Shown one piece after another: positions 27,683 to 37,309 of a DNA stretch of 64,000 nt (positions are counted from its first letter, which is position 1; the number at the start of each line of letters is the position of its first letter). The DNA is from Methanomassiliicoccales archaeon (GTDB taxonomy: Archaea > Thermoplasmatota > Thermoplasmata > Methanomassiliicoccales > UBA472), in NCBI GenBank assembly GCA_028682895.1, contig JAJRAK010000029.1:7156-71155 (forward strand), read 5' to 3'. The position numbers were made by a program, and so were the translations under genes. The notes beneath the pieces were generated by a model that had not been told where the DNA came from, ran no database searches, and saw only the letters and a program-made list of their open reading frames with translations.

Positions 27683-28582
27683 ATGGCCATCGGAATCATT
27701 CATTACGATGGAACTTGTTCACTGTCAGGAGCGTTTCCCTTGAGCAGAATGACCATGCTGTACGTCCGCATCATCAACAGCGGCTTCCGTCACCGGTCCA
27801 GTTTAGCAAAACTGACCCGATGGCCATTGCTCGGCCGCATGATGGACAAGGCCTTATTCGATGGCGATGACATCTACATCCTGCCCAAGGATTCCGTTTT
27901 ACGTACCACCGAGATACCGCTGGACATACCCGCCCCGGAGCGTCAGGACATTGTGCTTCCTTCAGAGGTGATCAAGCACTTCATCGAGCGGTCCAGATAC
28001 CATTTCGTCATGAACAGCTGCATCTGCCGCAATTCCGCTGAATGCAAGGACTACCCTCGGGACCTGGGTTGCCTTTTTCTTGGAAAAGCAACTCTCAGCA
28101 TCGACCCCAAACTGGGGCGTATGGTCAGCAAGGAGGAGGCCTATGAGCACCTGAGGAAGTGCGAGGAGGCCGGGCTCGTCCATCTTATCGGCCGAAACAA
28201 GATCGACAGCGTTTGGATGTCGGCCAAGCCCAAGGAGGACCTGCTGACCATCTGCAACTGCTGCCCCTGCTGCTGCCTCTGGAAGGTAGTGCCCCAGTTA
28301 GACCCCTCGATATCCAGCAAGCTGACGAGGCTACCGGGGGTCAGCCTGAGCGTTGATAGCAGTAAATGCATCGGCTGTGGCAAGTGCGTGAACGGCTGTT
28401 ATGTCAGCGCCATCGCCCTCGTGAGCGGTAAGGCGGTCATAGACCAGGAGCTGTGCAAGGGTTGCGCCCGCTGCGCCCATACCTGTCCCCGGAAAGCGAT
28501 CACTCTTCACATGGAGGACGTGGATTATATCGTCCACGCGGTGGAGAGGATCACCCCCCTGGTGGACGTGACCAAAGAATGA
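27683..28582 (+). CDS. 4Fe-4S dicluster domain-containing protein (start uncertain)
   Basis: C-terminal CIGCGKCVNGC and CKGCARCAHTCP ferredoxin motifs, plus an upstream Cys-rich region CNCCPCCC. Confidence 0.7.
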   Translation: MAIGIIHYDGTCSLSGAFPLSRMTMLYVRIINSGFRHRSSLAKLTRWPLLGRMMDKALFDGDDIYILPKDSVLRTTEIPLDIPAPERQDIVLPSEVIKHFIERSRYHFVMNSCICRNSAECKDYPRDLGCLFLGKATLSIDPKLGRMVSKEEAYEHLRKCEEAGLVHLIGRNKIDSVWMSAKPKEDLLTICNCCPCCCLWKVVPQLDPSISSKLTRLPGVSLSVDSSKCIGCGKCVNGCYVSAIALVSGKAVIDQELCKGCARCAHTCPRKAITLHMEDVDYIVHAVERITPLVDVTKE

Positions 28583-28688
28583 AGTTGCACATGCTGACGA
28601 TTATATATCCTGCCCGACAATAGTATAGGATGTGAGGTCCCGACCGATGGCGGTCAGCCATCAACGGTCGGATAGGGGGTAATTTAGG

Positions 28689-29207
28689 ATGCGCAGCGTT
28701 CCATACGAGATGGTGCGTCACATGGGGGAAGCGGAGATCAGGAGATACGGAGAGTTCGTCATGGTCACCGTCTTTGACCTGGACGATGTGGAGGCCTCCG
28801 ATCTGCTCTCCAAGTACATGGACGGGGAGAACGATCCGGGGGTCACGATACCGATGACAGCACCGATCGTCACCAGGACGAGGAACCCGGCCGAGCATGA
28901 ATGGGGACTGTCGTTCCTGCTCCCTACGGATATGGCCTTCGAGAGCGTTCCACGCCCGAAGGACCCCAGGGTCATCCTGGAAAGGAAGAACGGAGGACTG
29001 TTCGCCGCCATACGCTTCCGCGGCCCAGGCGAGGGTGGGGACGTGGAGAGGATGACCAACGAGCTGTCCGTGGAACTGGCCGAGGCCGACCTCAAGATGG
29101 ACGGGAGACCGTTCCTTTTGCAGTATAACTCTCGATTGACGCCAGGCTTCATGCGGCGCAACGAGGTCGCGGTCAGGGTCGTGCCTGTGGCACCTCGGAA
29201 CGAGTGA
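28689..29207 (+). CDS. SOUL heme-binding-like protein
   Basis: The YE.V......EIRRY....V.V start, the IPMTAPV-like block (IPMTAPIVT), and the length and beta-rich pattern fit the SOUL/HEBP family. Confidence 0.6.
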   Translation: MRSVPYEMVRHMGEAEIRRYGEFVMVTVFDLDDVEASDLLSKYMDGENDPGVTIPMTAPIVTRTRNPAEHEWGLSFLLPTDMAFESVPRPKDPRVILERKNGGLFAAIRFRGPGEGGDVERMTNELSVELAEADLKMDGRPFLLQYNSRLTPGFMRRNEVAVRVVPVAPRNE

Positions 29208-29729
29208 TCATCGATCCTCGGTCCGTCCTCCGCTGAGCATTGCCTCGATGGCAGTGTTGAGCTCCTCAGGCCTTTGGGAGCCGATCAATATCGTTCGCCC
29301 ATCGGACAGCCATAGTCTGACGGCGCTATCCCCCTTTACGTTATATGCCCGGTCCATGGACCATCCTCTGATGCCCCAGCCACCATAGTCCAGGAGGGGG
29401 TCGTACCGCGTCGCTTGGGAGCGCTTGATCTGCTCGGGGCGGACGATCCTTGGTCGGGGCATGAAAGGGAAGAAGCGTATCGATATGCGGTCCGTCACGA
29501 TCACCGTCAGATGTATGTTCAGCAAGAGCAGCGGTAATACGATACCGATGGTGAGGACCATTGCCACCATGACGGTATCAGAAACGGGATCGCTGCCCAA
29601 TGGTTCCCCGAGAACGAGCTGCTGCAGCGCGCCCAGCCATGTAATGACCGTCGGTAAAAGGATGATCAGTACGAGCCACCATGGACGTGTCCTCTGGACC
29701 TCGTAGTAGCGGACGGACTGGGATGCCAT
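29208..29729 (-). CDS. Membrane protein, 2 TM + PH-like C-terminal domain
   Basis: Two hydrophobic helices followed by ISIRFFP....I....I......YDP..DYGGWGIR... Its stop abuts the SOUL-like gene stop (TGATCA). Confidence 0.5.
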   Translation of the reverse strand: MASQSVRYYEVQRTRPWWLVLIILLPTVITWLGALQQLVLGEPLGSDPVSDTVMVAMVLTIGIVLPLLLLNIHLTVIVTDRISIRFFPFMPRPRIVRPEQIKRSQATRYDPLLDYGGWGIRGWSMDRAYNVKGDSAVRLWLSDGRTILIGSQRPEELNTAIEAMLSGGRTEDR

Positions 29730-29818
29730 ATCATGGGCGAACGCCCTCTTATCATATTATTTTTTAGCCAGGGAGCAAGCGAGATAAATATGCGGTGCCA
29801 TATCTGCACCGGGCGAGC

Positions 29819-30211
29819 ATGAGGCGAAAGGTGGAGAGGACCGACGAGGAATGGAAACGGGAGCTCGGGGACGAGGAGTACCGCGTCCTGCGCCAGAAGG
29901 GAACGGAGGCGCCTTTCACCGGTGAGCACTATCGCAACAGCGACAACGGACGGTATGTCTGCGCCGGCTGCGGTCGCGAGCTCTTCTCCTCGGATGACAA
30001 GTTCGACGCTGGATGCGGTTGGCCCAGCTTTACCAAGCCCATCGATGATATCGAAAAGAAAATGGACACCGGCCACGGAATGGTCCGTACCGAGGTTCTC
30101 TGCCCGGACTGCGGCGGCCATCTCGGTCATGTCTTCGACGATGGACCGAAGCCCACCGGACAACGATATTGCATCAATTCCGCATCATTGAAGTTCAAGG
30201 CCAGGAAGTGA
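29819..30211 (+). CDS. msrB: Peptide-methionine (R)-S-oxide reductase
   Basis: [24 protein letters not shown] and [21 protein letters not shown] motifs. ATG 29819 lies ~32 nt downstream of the TATA-like gATAAATAtg. Confidence 0.9.
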   Translation: MRRKVERTDEEWKRELGDEEYRVLRQKGTEAPFTGEHYRNSDNGRYVCAGCGRELFSSDDKFDAGCGWPSFTKPIDDIEKKMDTGHGMVRTEVLCPDCGGHLGHVFDDGPKPTGQRYCINSASLKFKARK

Positions 30212-30218
30212 TTGGACC

Positions 30219-31295
30219 ATGGAGATGAAGACCAGACTTTTACGCCGGCATATAAATAAGAAGGTAGGTCTGCCTCCGGGCTCGCTCGTATATGTTGGCG
30301 ACGGAGGGCCGTCCCCGACGACGGTGTCCGTCATCGATTACACGGAGACAGAGGTCATCGAGAAGACCGGCATAACACTGGAAGAGTGCATGCCCCTCAG
30401 GGACAGCCCCAGCGTGACCTGGCTGAACTTCTCTGGACTGGCGAACGTGGATGAGATACGCAAGCTCGGCGAGGCCTTCGGACTGCACCCACTGGTCATG
30501 GAGGACATCCTGCATGTGGGGCAGCGCCCCAAGCTGGAGCTGTACGACGATTATGTCTACATGGTCGTAAAGATGATAACCCGCGGGGATAACGGAAACG
30601 ATGTGACGTACGAGCAGCTGTCCATCGTGCTTGGCAAGAACTATGTGCTCTCGTTCCAGGAGCGGCCGGGTGACATCTTCAGCACCACGCGCGACCGCAT
30701 CCGCAACAACAAGGGCAAGCTGCGTAAGAGCGGCGCCGATTATCTGGTCTATTCCATGATCGACATGGTTGTGGACAACTATTTCCCGGCACTGGAGAAG
30801 CTGGGCGAGCGGGTGGAGAACATCGAGGAGCGCATCACCAACGACCCGGGCCAGGAAGTATTGGGCGAGATCTACCTCCAGAAGAGGGAGGTGCTCTTTT
30901 TACGCAAGTCCATCTGGCCGATGCGGGAGGTGGTGGCAGCGCTCATGCGCCAGGACACCGAACTTGTGAAACCGGCCACGTACACCTATCTGCGTGACGT
31001 ATACGATCATTCCATACAGGTGATGGATGTCGTGGAGACGAACACCGACATGCTGTCCGAACTTCTCGATGTATACATGTCAACGGTCAGCAACCGCATG
31101 AACGAGATCGTGAAGACGCTGACCATCATATCCACCATATTCATCCCCTTGACGTTCATAGTCGGCGTGTTCGGAATGAACTTCGAGTACATGCCGGAAC
31201 TGACCAACGAGCTCGCATATCCAGCGGTGTTGATCGGCATGACCGTCGTCTCCGGTGTGATGGTATTGTACTTCCACCGCAAGGGATGGTTGTAA
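30219..31295 (+). CDS. corA: Magnesium/cobalt transporter CorA
   Basis: C-terminal two-TM region with the signature GMNFEYMPEL (GMN motif). Confidence 0.9.
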   Translation: MEMKTRLLRRHINKKVGLPPGSLVYVGDGGPSPTTVSVIDYTETEVIEKTGITLEECMPLRDSPSVTWLNFSGLANVDEIRKLGEAFGLHPLVMEDILHVGQRPKLELYDDYVYMVVKMITRGDNGNDVTYEQLSIVLGKNYVLSFQERPGDIFSTTRDRIRNNKGKLRKSGADYLVYSMIDMVVDNYFPALEKLGERVENIEERITNDPGQEVLGEIYLQKREVLFLRKSIWPMREVVAALMRQDTELVKPATYTYLRDVYDHSIQVMDVVETNTDMLSELLDVYMSTVSNRMNEIVKTLTIISTIFIPLTFIVGVFGMNFEYMPELTNELAYPAVLIGMTVVSGVMVLYFHRKGWL

Positions 31296-31305
31296 AGGAG
31301 CGTAG

Positions 31306-32334
31306 ATGGACGCCCTGTTCCTGTTGGCGGCGGCGGGGATACTCATCTCACTCTTCTTCGCGTTCACCAACGGTTATAACGACGCTGGGGCCGACGTCGC
31401 AACGATGGTATCGTCCGGGGCGGCGTCCGTCAAGGGCGCGCTGCTCACGGCCTCCTTGGCCAACTTTGTAGGTGCTTTGATCGGCGGGACCGCGGTCGTG
31501 CTGACCCTGCAGGGAGTGCTTGCCGACGATCTGGGGGATGACAGCGCCCTGATGATCTTTTCCGCAGTGACGGCGGCCAGCGTCTGGAACCTGATCACCT
31601 GGTATTACGGCATACCATCATCTTCCACCCATGCGCTCGTCGGCGGGCTGGTCGGTGCGGGCGTGGCGTTCCTGGGGCCGTCGGGCGTGGTCTGGGGGTT
31701 CGATGAGCTGCTCGCCGGTGAGCTCACCGGCGTCACCAAGGTCCTGTTCATCCTGCTGCTCTCGGTCGTGATGGGCTTCGTCGGCGGATATCTCCTTATG
31801 AAATTGGCCCGGGTACTTCTCAGACGGGCCGATCGGGGCATCGGGACCTCACTGAAACGATTGCAGTGGTTCACCACCGGCGTTCAGACCTTGGCACATG
31901 GGGCCAACGACGCGCAGAAGCAGATGGCCCTGATCGCCCTTTTTCTCGCTACTATGGGCTCGGGAGACATCGGTGTGCCCTTCTGGGTACGATTGGTCTG
32001 CGCGGCGGCGATAGCACTGGGCACGTTGGGAGGAGGATATCGCATCATGAGGACCGTCGGCCGCAAGATATTCAAGATCAGACCGGTGCACGCCCTTGTG
32101 GCGCAGACGAACACCTCGCTCACGGTCATCGCCTCCACCCTGGCCGGTGCGCCCGTCTCCTCCACGCAGGTGGTCACGTCCAGCGTCATGGGTGTCGGTA
32201 CGGCGGAGAACCACAAGCTGGTCCATTGGCGCGTAGGCAAGGACCTGGTGGTGTCCTGGTTCATAACCTTCCCGATCACTGCGATCATCTCGGCGATACT
32301 GGTATTAGTCTTGAAGGTGCTGATAGGTGTCTGA
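31306..32334 (+). CDS. Inorganic phosphate transporter, PiT family
   Basis: GYNDAGADVATMV and HGANDAQK signature repeats. Polytopic. Confidence 0.9.
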   Translation: MDALFLLAAAGILISLFFAFTNGYNDAGADVATMVSSGAASVKGALLTASLANFVGALIGGTAVVLTLQGVLADDLGDDSALMIFSAVTAASVWNLITWYYGIPSSSTHALVGGLVGAGVAFLGPSGVVWGFDELLAGELTGVTKVLFILLLSVVMGFVGGYLLMKLARVLLRRADRGIGTSLKRLQWFTTGVQTLAHGANDAQKQMALIALFLATMGSGDIGVPFWVRLVCAAAIALGTLGGGYRIMRTVGRKIFKIRPVHALVAQTNTSLTVIASTLAGAPVSSTQVVTSSVMGVGTAENHKLVHWRVGKDLVVSWFITFPITAIISAILVLVLKVLIGV

Positions 32335-32335
32335 T

Positions 32336-32959
32336 ATGCAAGAGAAGAAGGGTCTGTTGGACGGGCTTTTCCCGCCGAGATACGATTTCAACACGGTACT
32401 GGCAGAACAGGCAGATTCGACCGCCAGGGGAGTGGAGCTGCTGCTGGCGTCACTGAAGGGAGAGACGGACAACCTGGAGCCGCTCGAGGACCTGGACCAG
32501 AGGACGGACGGATTGCGCTACGAGATGGAAAGGAACTTGGAGGCGGTGTTCTCCACCCCGTTCGACAGACAGGACATATACAGCATGTCGCGGCAGATGG
32601 ACATGATACTGAACTTCGCCCGGACCACCCTCATGGAGATGAGGGCGTTCGATGTCGAGCCGGACCGCTGCATGATCGACATGACAGAACATCTGTTGAT
32701 AGGATCGCGCGAGGTCGTCCTGGCGGTCAAGGACCTGGGCATGGAAAAGAACAGGACGGACGAGCTGATCAAGGTGATGAGGGAACAGGAGGCGCTCATG
32801 GAAGAGATCTACATCGCCGGCATGAAGGACGTCTTCCTGCTGCCCGATCACATAATCATGCTGAAGAAGAGGGAGATCTACCATCATCTGAAGGACGCCG
32901 GGCGGGCATTGAGTACCACCGCGGACATACTTCATCGGACGGCGTTCGGCATCGGTTAG
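32336..32959 (+). CDS. DUF47 (PhoU-like, TIGR00153) protein, the usual partner of PiT transporters
   Basis: Helical protein directly downstream of the PiT gene. An ATG lies 2 nt after the PiT stop; the alternative GTG at 32327 overlaps it. TAG stop. Confidence 0.75.
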   Translation: MQEKKGLLDGLFPPRYDFNTVLAEQADSTARGVELLLASLKGETDNLEPLEDLDQRTDGLRYEMERNLEAVFSTPFDRQDIYSMSRQMDMILNFARTTLMEMRAFDVEPDRCMIDMTEHLLIGSREVVLAVKDLGMEKNRTDELIKVMREQEALMEEIYIAGMKDVFLLPDHIIMLKKREIYHHLKDAGRALSTTADILHRTAFGIG

Positions 32960-33930
32960 AGGTCGATGGTACCGACGATACGAAGCTTGCCGCCTTCCAG
33001 ATAATGTACGACGACGCGCGAGCCCGTTGCATATATGATCGGCTTTTCCAGCTCCAGCGTTGCCTCGGGATGCCTTGCGTCACCGGTCACGGTCTTCACG
33101 CGACAGGGCAGGAACTGCATCCAGTGGCCCAGGTGCATGACCATCCCTTCCTTTATCGGCGCCTGCCAGTATTTGACCAGGTCGATCTTCGCCTTGACCT
33201 CGGAGGACACCTTCATGTCCAGATCGTTGGTGAGGACGAAACCGCGGTCCAGGTCCTCCGCCTCTATTCCCTTCAGCGCTAGTCCGACCCGGTCGCCCTT
33301 GTGGGCATCCTCGAAATCATCGTCGTGCTTCTGGATGGAACGGACGAGGGCGGTGCGGTCCGTAGGCAGCACCTTCAGGTTGTCATGCTTGTTGATGACG
33401 CCCTTTGCCACGTATCCGAGTATGACCGTCCCGACGCCTTTCACGTTGAAGTGGTGGTCTATCGGCACGATCCCCTTCCCTTCCCCGTGCGGCTTGACCT
33501 TCGACGCCTCGTCCAGAAGGAACTCGCGGATGGCAATCGGGTCATCGGCCATGAAGGTGTAGTTCATCATCACCGTGTCCTTGATGAGCGGCGCGATGCG
33601 GTCCGGGGTGAGATAGTTGCGTAAGATGAAGACGCCGCGCTTGACGTTGGCGCAATCGAGCATCAGTATCGTCTCGCCCAATGCGGCGTTAATCTCGTCG
33701 ACGACCACCAGGGCCATCTCGGCCAGGTTCACGCAGAAATAGAGAGAGTTTATCCTTTCCGGATACTTGGTCGGCTCCAAAATGCTGACTGTGTCATGAC
33801 CCTTCTTCATGTCATAGATGGTGATGTCGCTGACGGTGCCTTTCTTTCCCAGGTCCTTGGCGTAACCGAGGGTACCTACCGCCGCCACGTTTAGATTTCC
33901 CATGGATGGAGTCAAGCTCTGGAGGCTCAT
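32956..33930 (-). CDS. EF-Tu/SelB-like protein with degenerate G domain
   Basis: Clear EF-Tu domain-2 beta-barrel (KGVGTVILGYVAKGVINKHDNLKVLP...GDRVGLALKGIEAEDLDRGFVL). The N-terminal region lacks canonical GxxxxGK[ST], DxxG and NKxD motifs. Confidence 0.6.
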   Translation of the reverse strand: MSLQSLTPSMGNLNVAAVGTLGYAKDLGKKGTVSDITIYDMKKGHDTVSILEPTKYPERINSLYFCVNLAEMALVVVDEINAALGETILMLDCANVKRGVFILRNYLTPDRIAPLIKDTVMMNYTFMADDPIAIREFLLDEASKVKPHGEGKGIVPIDHHFNVKGVGTVILGYVAKGVINKHDNLKVLPTDRTALVRSIQKHDDDFEDAHKGDRVGLALKGIEAEDLDRGFVLTNDLDMKVSSEVKAKIDLVKYWQAPIKEGMVMHLGHWMQFLPCRVKTVTGDARHPEATLELEKPIIYATGSRVVVHYLEGGKLRIVGTIDL

Positions 33931-33986
33931 ATTCCTTTCGCCGTACCAACCGTTATCTATGGAGCTGATACTTTCTTAACAACATA

Positions 33987-35489
33987 ATGTTCGAGCACGT
34001 CGACGCGGCCAAGAGCCTGGACCAGAAGGAGTACGACCGGGTGGCGCCAGAGCTCAAGGAGAGGTTGGGCGAACTGCAGCGAAAGGCACGTGACGCCAGC
34101 ATGCCAGTGGTCGTCGTCTTCGAAGGCTGGGACACGGTCGGGATGAGCGAGATCGTGAACAAGTTCATCCTGCCCCTGGACCCGCGCGGTTTCTTAGTAC
34201 ATCCTATCTCCGCTCCGAACCAGGATGAAAGGTCCCGCCCGTTCCTATGGCGATTCTTTGTCCGCCTTCCCGCCCGAGGGCGCATCGCCGTCTTCGACCG
34301 TTCCTGGTACTTCCGTTCCTTGGCCAGGGCGACGGAGGACAAGGACGAGGGAGCTAGACTGGCATGGCATGAGATCGCTCAGTTCGAGCATATGCTGTCC
34401 CAGGACGACCATCTGATCATGAAGTTCTTCCTGCACATCGGGAAGAAGGAGCATAAGAGGCGTCTGGAGAAATACCGAGATTCCGACCTGGACCGGTGCG
34501 CCATAAGCAACATCGACCTTGATTTCTTCAAGAAGTACGACAAGATGATGCCGCTCATCGAGGAGATGATCGAGAAGACCGACCGGGAGTACGCCCCCTG
34601 GACCATCGTCGAGGCCGAGGACGGGAAGTTCGCCTCGGCCAAGATACTGAGCACGGCGGTGCGCATGATGGAGTACGGCCTTTCCAAGATGGAGGCGAAG
34701 AGCCAGCTGAGCATGGACGCCAACCCACTGATGAAGAACGGGCAGATGTTCAACTCCTCACGGGGTGGCATCGACCTGAGCAGGAAGCTCGCCCAGGACG
34801 AGTACCGTAAAGAACTAGAACAGTTGCAGGACCGTATCGGCGAGCTGCAATGCTCCCTTAATCGGGCAAAGGTGCCGACGGTCATCGTGTTCGAAGGATG
34901 GGACGCTGCCGGGAAGGGAGGGGTCGTGCAGCGCCTGACCACGGAGATGAACCCACGCGGGTACGAGGTCGTCCCCGTAGGCGTCCCGACCGCTGACGAA
35001 AAGGCGCATCACTACCTCTGGAGGTTCTACCAGAAGCTCCCTCCGGGGGGTCATATCAGGATATTCGACCGCTCCTGGTATGGACGAGTACTTGTTGAAA
35101 GGGTGGAAGGATTCTGCTGCACCGAGGAATGGAAACGGTCGTACCAGGAGATAAACGAGTTCGAGGAGATGCTGGTGGACAACGGCACCAACCTGGTCAA
35201 GATATGGCTGGAGATCGACAAGGACGAGCAGCTGAGACGATTCCAGGACAGGGAGAAGGACACGCAGAAGCAGTGGAAGATCACCGAAGAGGATTGGCGC
35301 AACCGGGAGAAGTGGGACTTCTACGGACGGGCGGTGGACGAGATGCTCTTCCGCACCAGCACTAGCAAGGCGCCGTGGACCATCGTGGAGAGCAATGACA
35401 AGTACTACTCCAGGGTGAAGACGCTGAGGACCATCGCCCAATCGATGGAATCGCATTTACCTAAAGGTAAGAAAGGTCCAAATGATTAA
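33987..35489 (+). CDS. ppk2: Two-domain polyphosphate kinase 2 (PPK2; polyphosphate:AMP/nucleotide phosphotransferase type)
   Basis: Two tandem PPK2 modules. The first has a degenerate Walker A (VVVFEGWDTVGMSE). The second is canonical (VIVFEGWDAAGKGG...FDRSWY). Confidence 0.85.
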   Translation: MFEHVDAAKSLDQKEYDRVAPELKERLGELQRKARDASMPVVVVFEGWDTVGMSEIVNKFILPLDPRGFLVHPISAPNQDERSRPFLWRFFVRLPARGRIAVFDRSWYFRSLARATEDKDEGARLAWHEIAQFEHMLSQDDHLIMKFFLHIGKKEHKRRLEKYRDSDLDRCAISNIDLDFFKKYDKMMPLIEEMIEKTDREYAPWTIVEAEDGKFASAKILSTAVRMMEYGLSKMEAKSQLSMDANPLMKNGQMFNSSRGGIDLSRKLAQDEYRKELEQLQDRIGELQCSLNRAKVPTVIVFEGWDAAGKGGVVQRLTTEMNPRGYEVVPVGVPTADEKAHHYLWRFYQKLPPGGHIRIFDRSWYGRVLVERVEGFCCTEEWKRSYQEINEFEEMLVDNGTNLVKIWLEIDKDEQLRRFQDREKDTQKQWKITEEDWRNREKWDFYGRAVDEMLFRTSTSKAPWTIVESNDKYYSRVKTLRTIAQSMESHLPKGKKGPND

Positions 35490-35530
35490 TATCCTTAGGC
35501 TTATGCCCTATCAGCTGAAAAAGTGATATA

Positions 35531-36955
35531 ATGGTAACTTTCCAAGATTTCGGTCTCAGAGATGAGATACAGAAGGCCATCGACAAAATGGGTTTCGTCG
35601 AGCCTACCCCGGTGCAAGAGCGCACCATTCCAATCACCATGAAGGGCAAGGACATGATAGCCCAGGCCCAGACCGGCACGGGCAAGACCGCTGCCTTCGG
35701 TATCCCGATACTCGAGGCGTTGACCAAGGGGGTCAAGCCTTTCTCATTGATATTGGTCCCCACCAGGGAACTGGGCGCGCAGGTGTGCGACGAGATAAAG
35801 AAGCTCTCCTACTTCATGGACGACGTACGAGTGCTCTCCGTGTACGGCGGTAAGTCAATCGATGACCAGATAGACGCGTTCCGCAAGGGAGTGGACATTG
35901 TGGTCGGTACTCCTGGACGTGTCATAGACCATCTGCACAGGGGAACGTTGAGCTTGAACGAGATAGAGGTGCTGGTGCTGGACGAGGCGGACCGCATGCT
36001 GGACATGGGGTTCATCGAGGATATCGAGTATATCGTGTCCAAGGTCAAGACGCCGCGCCAGACCATGCTGTTCTCCGCCACCATACCGAATGGCGTTCGC
36101 GAGATAGCGGCCAAGTACATGTCCGATCCGGAAATAGTCATGATCGGCGAGGAGCAGATAGTGCTGCCGACGACAAAGCAGGTCTATTTCAACATCGAGA
36201 GGAAGAACAAGATCTGGGCGCTGTGCCGCGTCCTTGATGCTTACAGACCGAAGGCCATCGTCTTCGTGCAGACGAAGGTCATGGTCGACATCCTGGCCAA
36301 GCGATTGTTATCGTACGGATATCCGGTCGGTTCCCTTCACGGGGACCTTACCCAGTCACGTCGGGAGAAGGTGCTCAACGACTTCCGCAGCGACAAGACC
36401 CATGTGCTCATAGCCACGGACGTCGCCGCCCGCGGATTGGACATCGAAGGTGTGACGCATGTCATAAACTACGACATACCTGAGGACCCAGAGATCTACG
36501 TCCACCGCATCGGACGTACGGGAAGGGCCGGCAAGGAAGGTGTGGCGATAACTTTCATCACTTCCAAGGAAGTGCATCTGCTGAGAAAGATCAACGAGTT
36601 CGGCGTGACCGAGATCGAGCATCTGGAAGTGCCGGAGAGCGGCCGCAAGGACGTCATCCGGAAGGTCATGGACTTCGAGGACCAGGCGGACCTGTACGGC
36701 ATGGTCCTGTTCCAGATCAGCGCCGAGGGAACGCCAGTGGAGCGCGGAGCGCTTTTGGACATGCTCAACCGCAAGCTGCGCGTGCCTGAGATCGCCGTGG
36801 GCAACATCAACCTGTTCGACGACCGGACGGAGTTCGAGATACACAAGGACTCGGCCAAGAAGGTGCTCATGGAGCTGAAGTCGCTGCGCGTGGCGGACAA
36901 GAAGCTGAAGGTGGAGATCGTCCACCGCGAGCTGCCGCCAATATCGATGCAGTGA
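35531..36955 (+). CDS. DEAD-box ATP-dependent RNA helicase with DbpA-type C-terminal RNA-binding domain
   Basis: Q motif F..LGL....A......PTPVQ, AQAQTGTGKT, PTRELA-like, DEAD, SAT and HRIGRTGRAG. Confidence 0.92.
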   Translation: MVTFQDFGLRDEIQKAIDKMGFVEPTPVQERTIPITMKGKDMIAQAQTGTGKTAAFGIPILEALTKGVKPFSLILVPTRELGAQVCDEIKKLSYFMDDVRVLSVYGGKSIDDQIDAFRKGVDIVVGTPGRVIDHLHRGTLSLNEIEVLVLDEADRMLDMGFIEDIEYIVSKVKTPRQTMLFSATIPNGVREIAAKYMSDPEIVMIGEEQIVLPTTKQVYFNIERKNKIWALCRVLDAYRPKAIVFVQTKVMVDILAKRLLSYGYPVGSLHGDLTQSRREKVLNDFRSDKTHVLIATDVAARGLDIEGVTHVINYDIPEDPEIYVHRIGRTGRAGKEGVAITFITSKEVHLLRKINEFGVTEIEHLEVPESGRKDVIRKVMDFEDQADLYGMVLFQISAEGTPVERGALLDMLNRKLRVPEIAVGNINLFDDRTEFEIHKDSAKKVLMELKSLRVADKKLKVEIVHRELPPISMQ

Positions 36956-37002
36956 ACGCCTAGACAACCAACAGTATCTATCTATTGCACTTGCACCGGA
37001 GT

Positions 37003-37262
37003 CTCGTTCTTCGTGATGACCGCTATGACGTGAGGCGGCCGTACTGTCCTGATCGGTGTTGTAGAAGGAAGCACCTGCCAACGGTGTACTGTCGATGTTC
37101 TGCAAATCGTTTACTGTATCGTTCAGTTGGCACTGAAGGGCAATCGCGCGCGGAAGGATGATAGTGTTCATGCCCTGCTGGAAACGCGCGTTGGTGGAAC
37201 TGATGTTCAAATTGATCAAAACACTTGGTCATCAGTGTAGTAACAGTATACGCCCGTTGATA
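37003..37262 (-). pseudogene. Decayed ~87-codon fragment homologous to codons of the 2370-aa gene (copy of 39208-39478)
   Basis: Alignable by eye to 39208-39478: STGVYCYYTDDQVF*-INLNISSTNARFQQGMNTIILPRAIALQCQLND... versus STGVYRYSADDQVFLINLNVSSANARFQQGMNTIILPRAIALQCQLND.... It carries an in-frame TGA (37216-37218) with a 1-nt indel, and a 5-nt deletion near 37033-37043. Confidence 0.8.
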
Positions 37263-37309
37263 ATGAATAACGACTGTGGACGTGATTGTGGGGACGGGCC
37301 ATATTTGCT

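Noticed and set aside
36356-37219. A 287-aa ORF on the minus strand overlapping the 3' half of the DEAD-box helicase gene.
   Set aside because: Most of it is antisense to a well-supported helicase gene. Only its first ~70 codons are meaningful, and they are the frameshifted remnant of the giant gene. I annotated that part as a pseudogene at 37003-37262.
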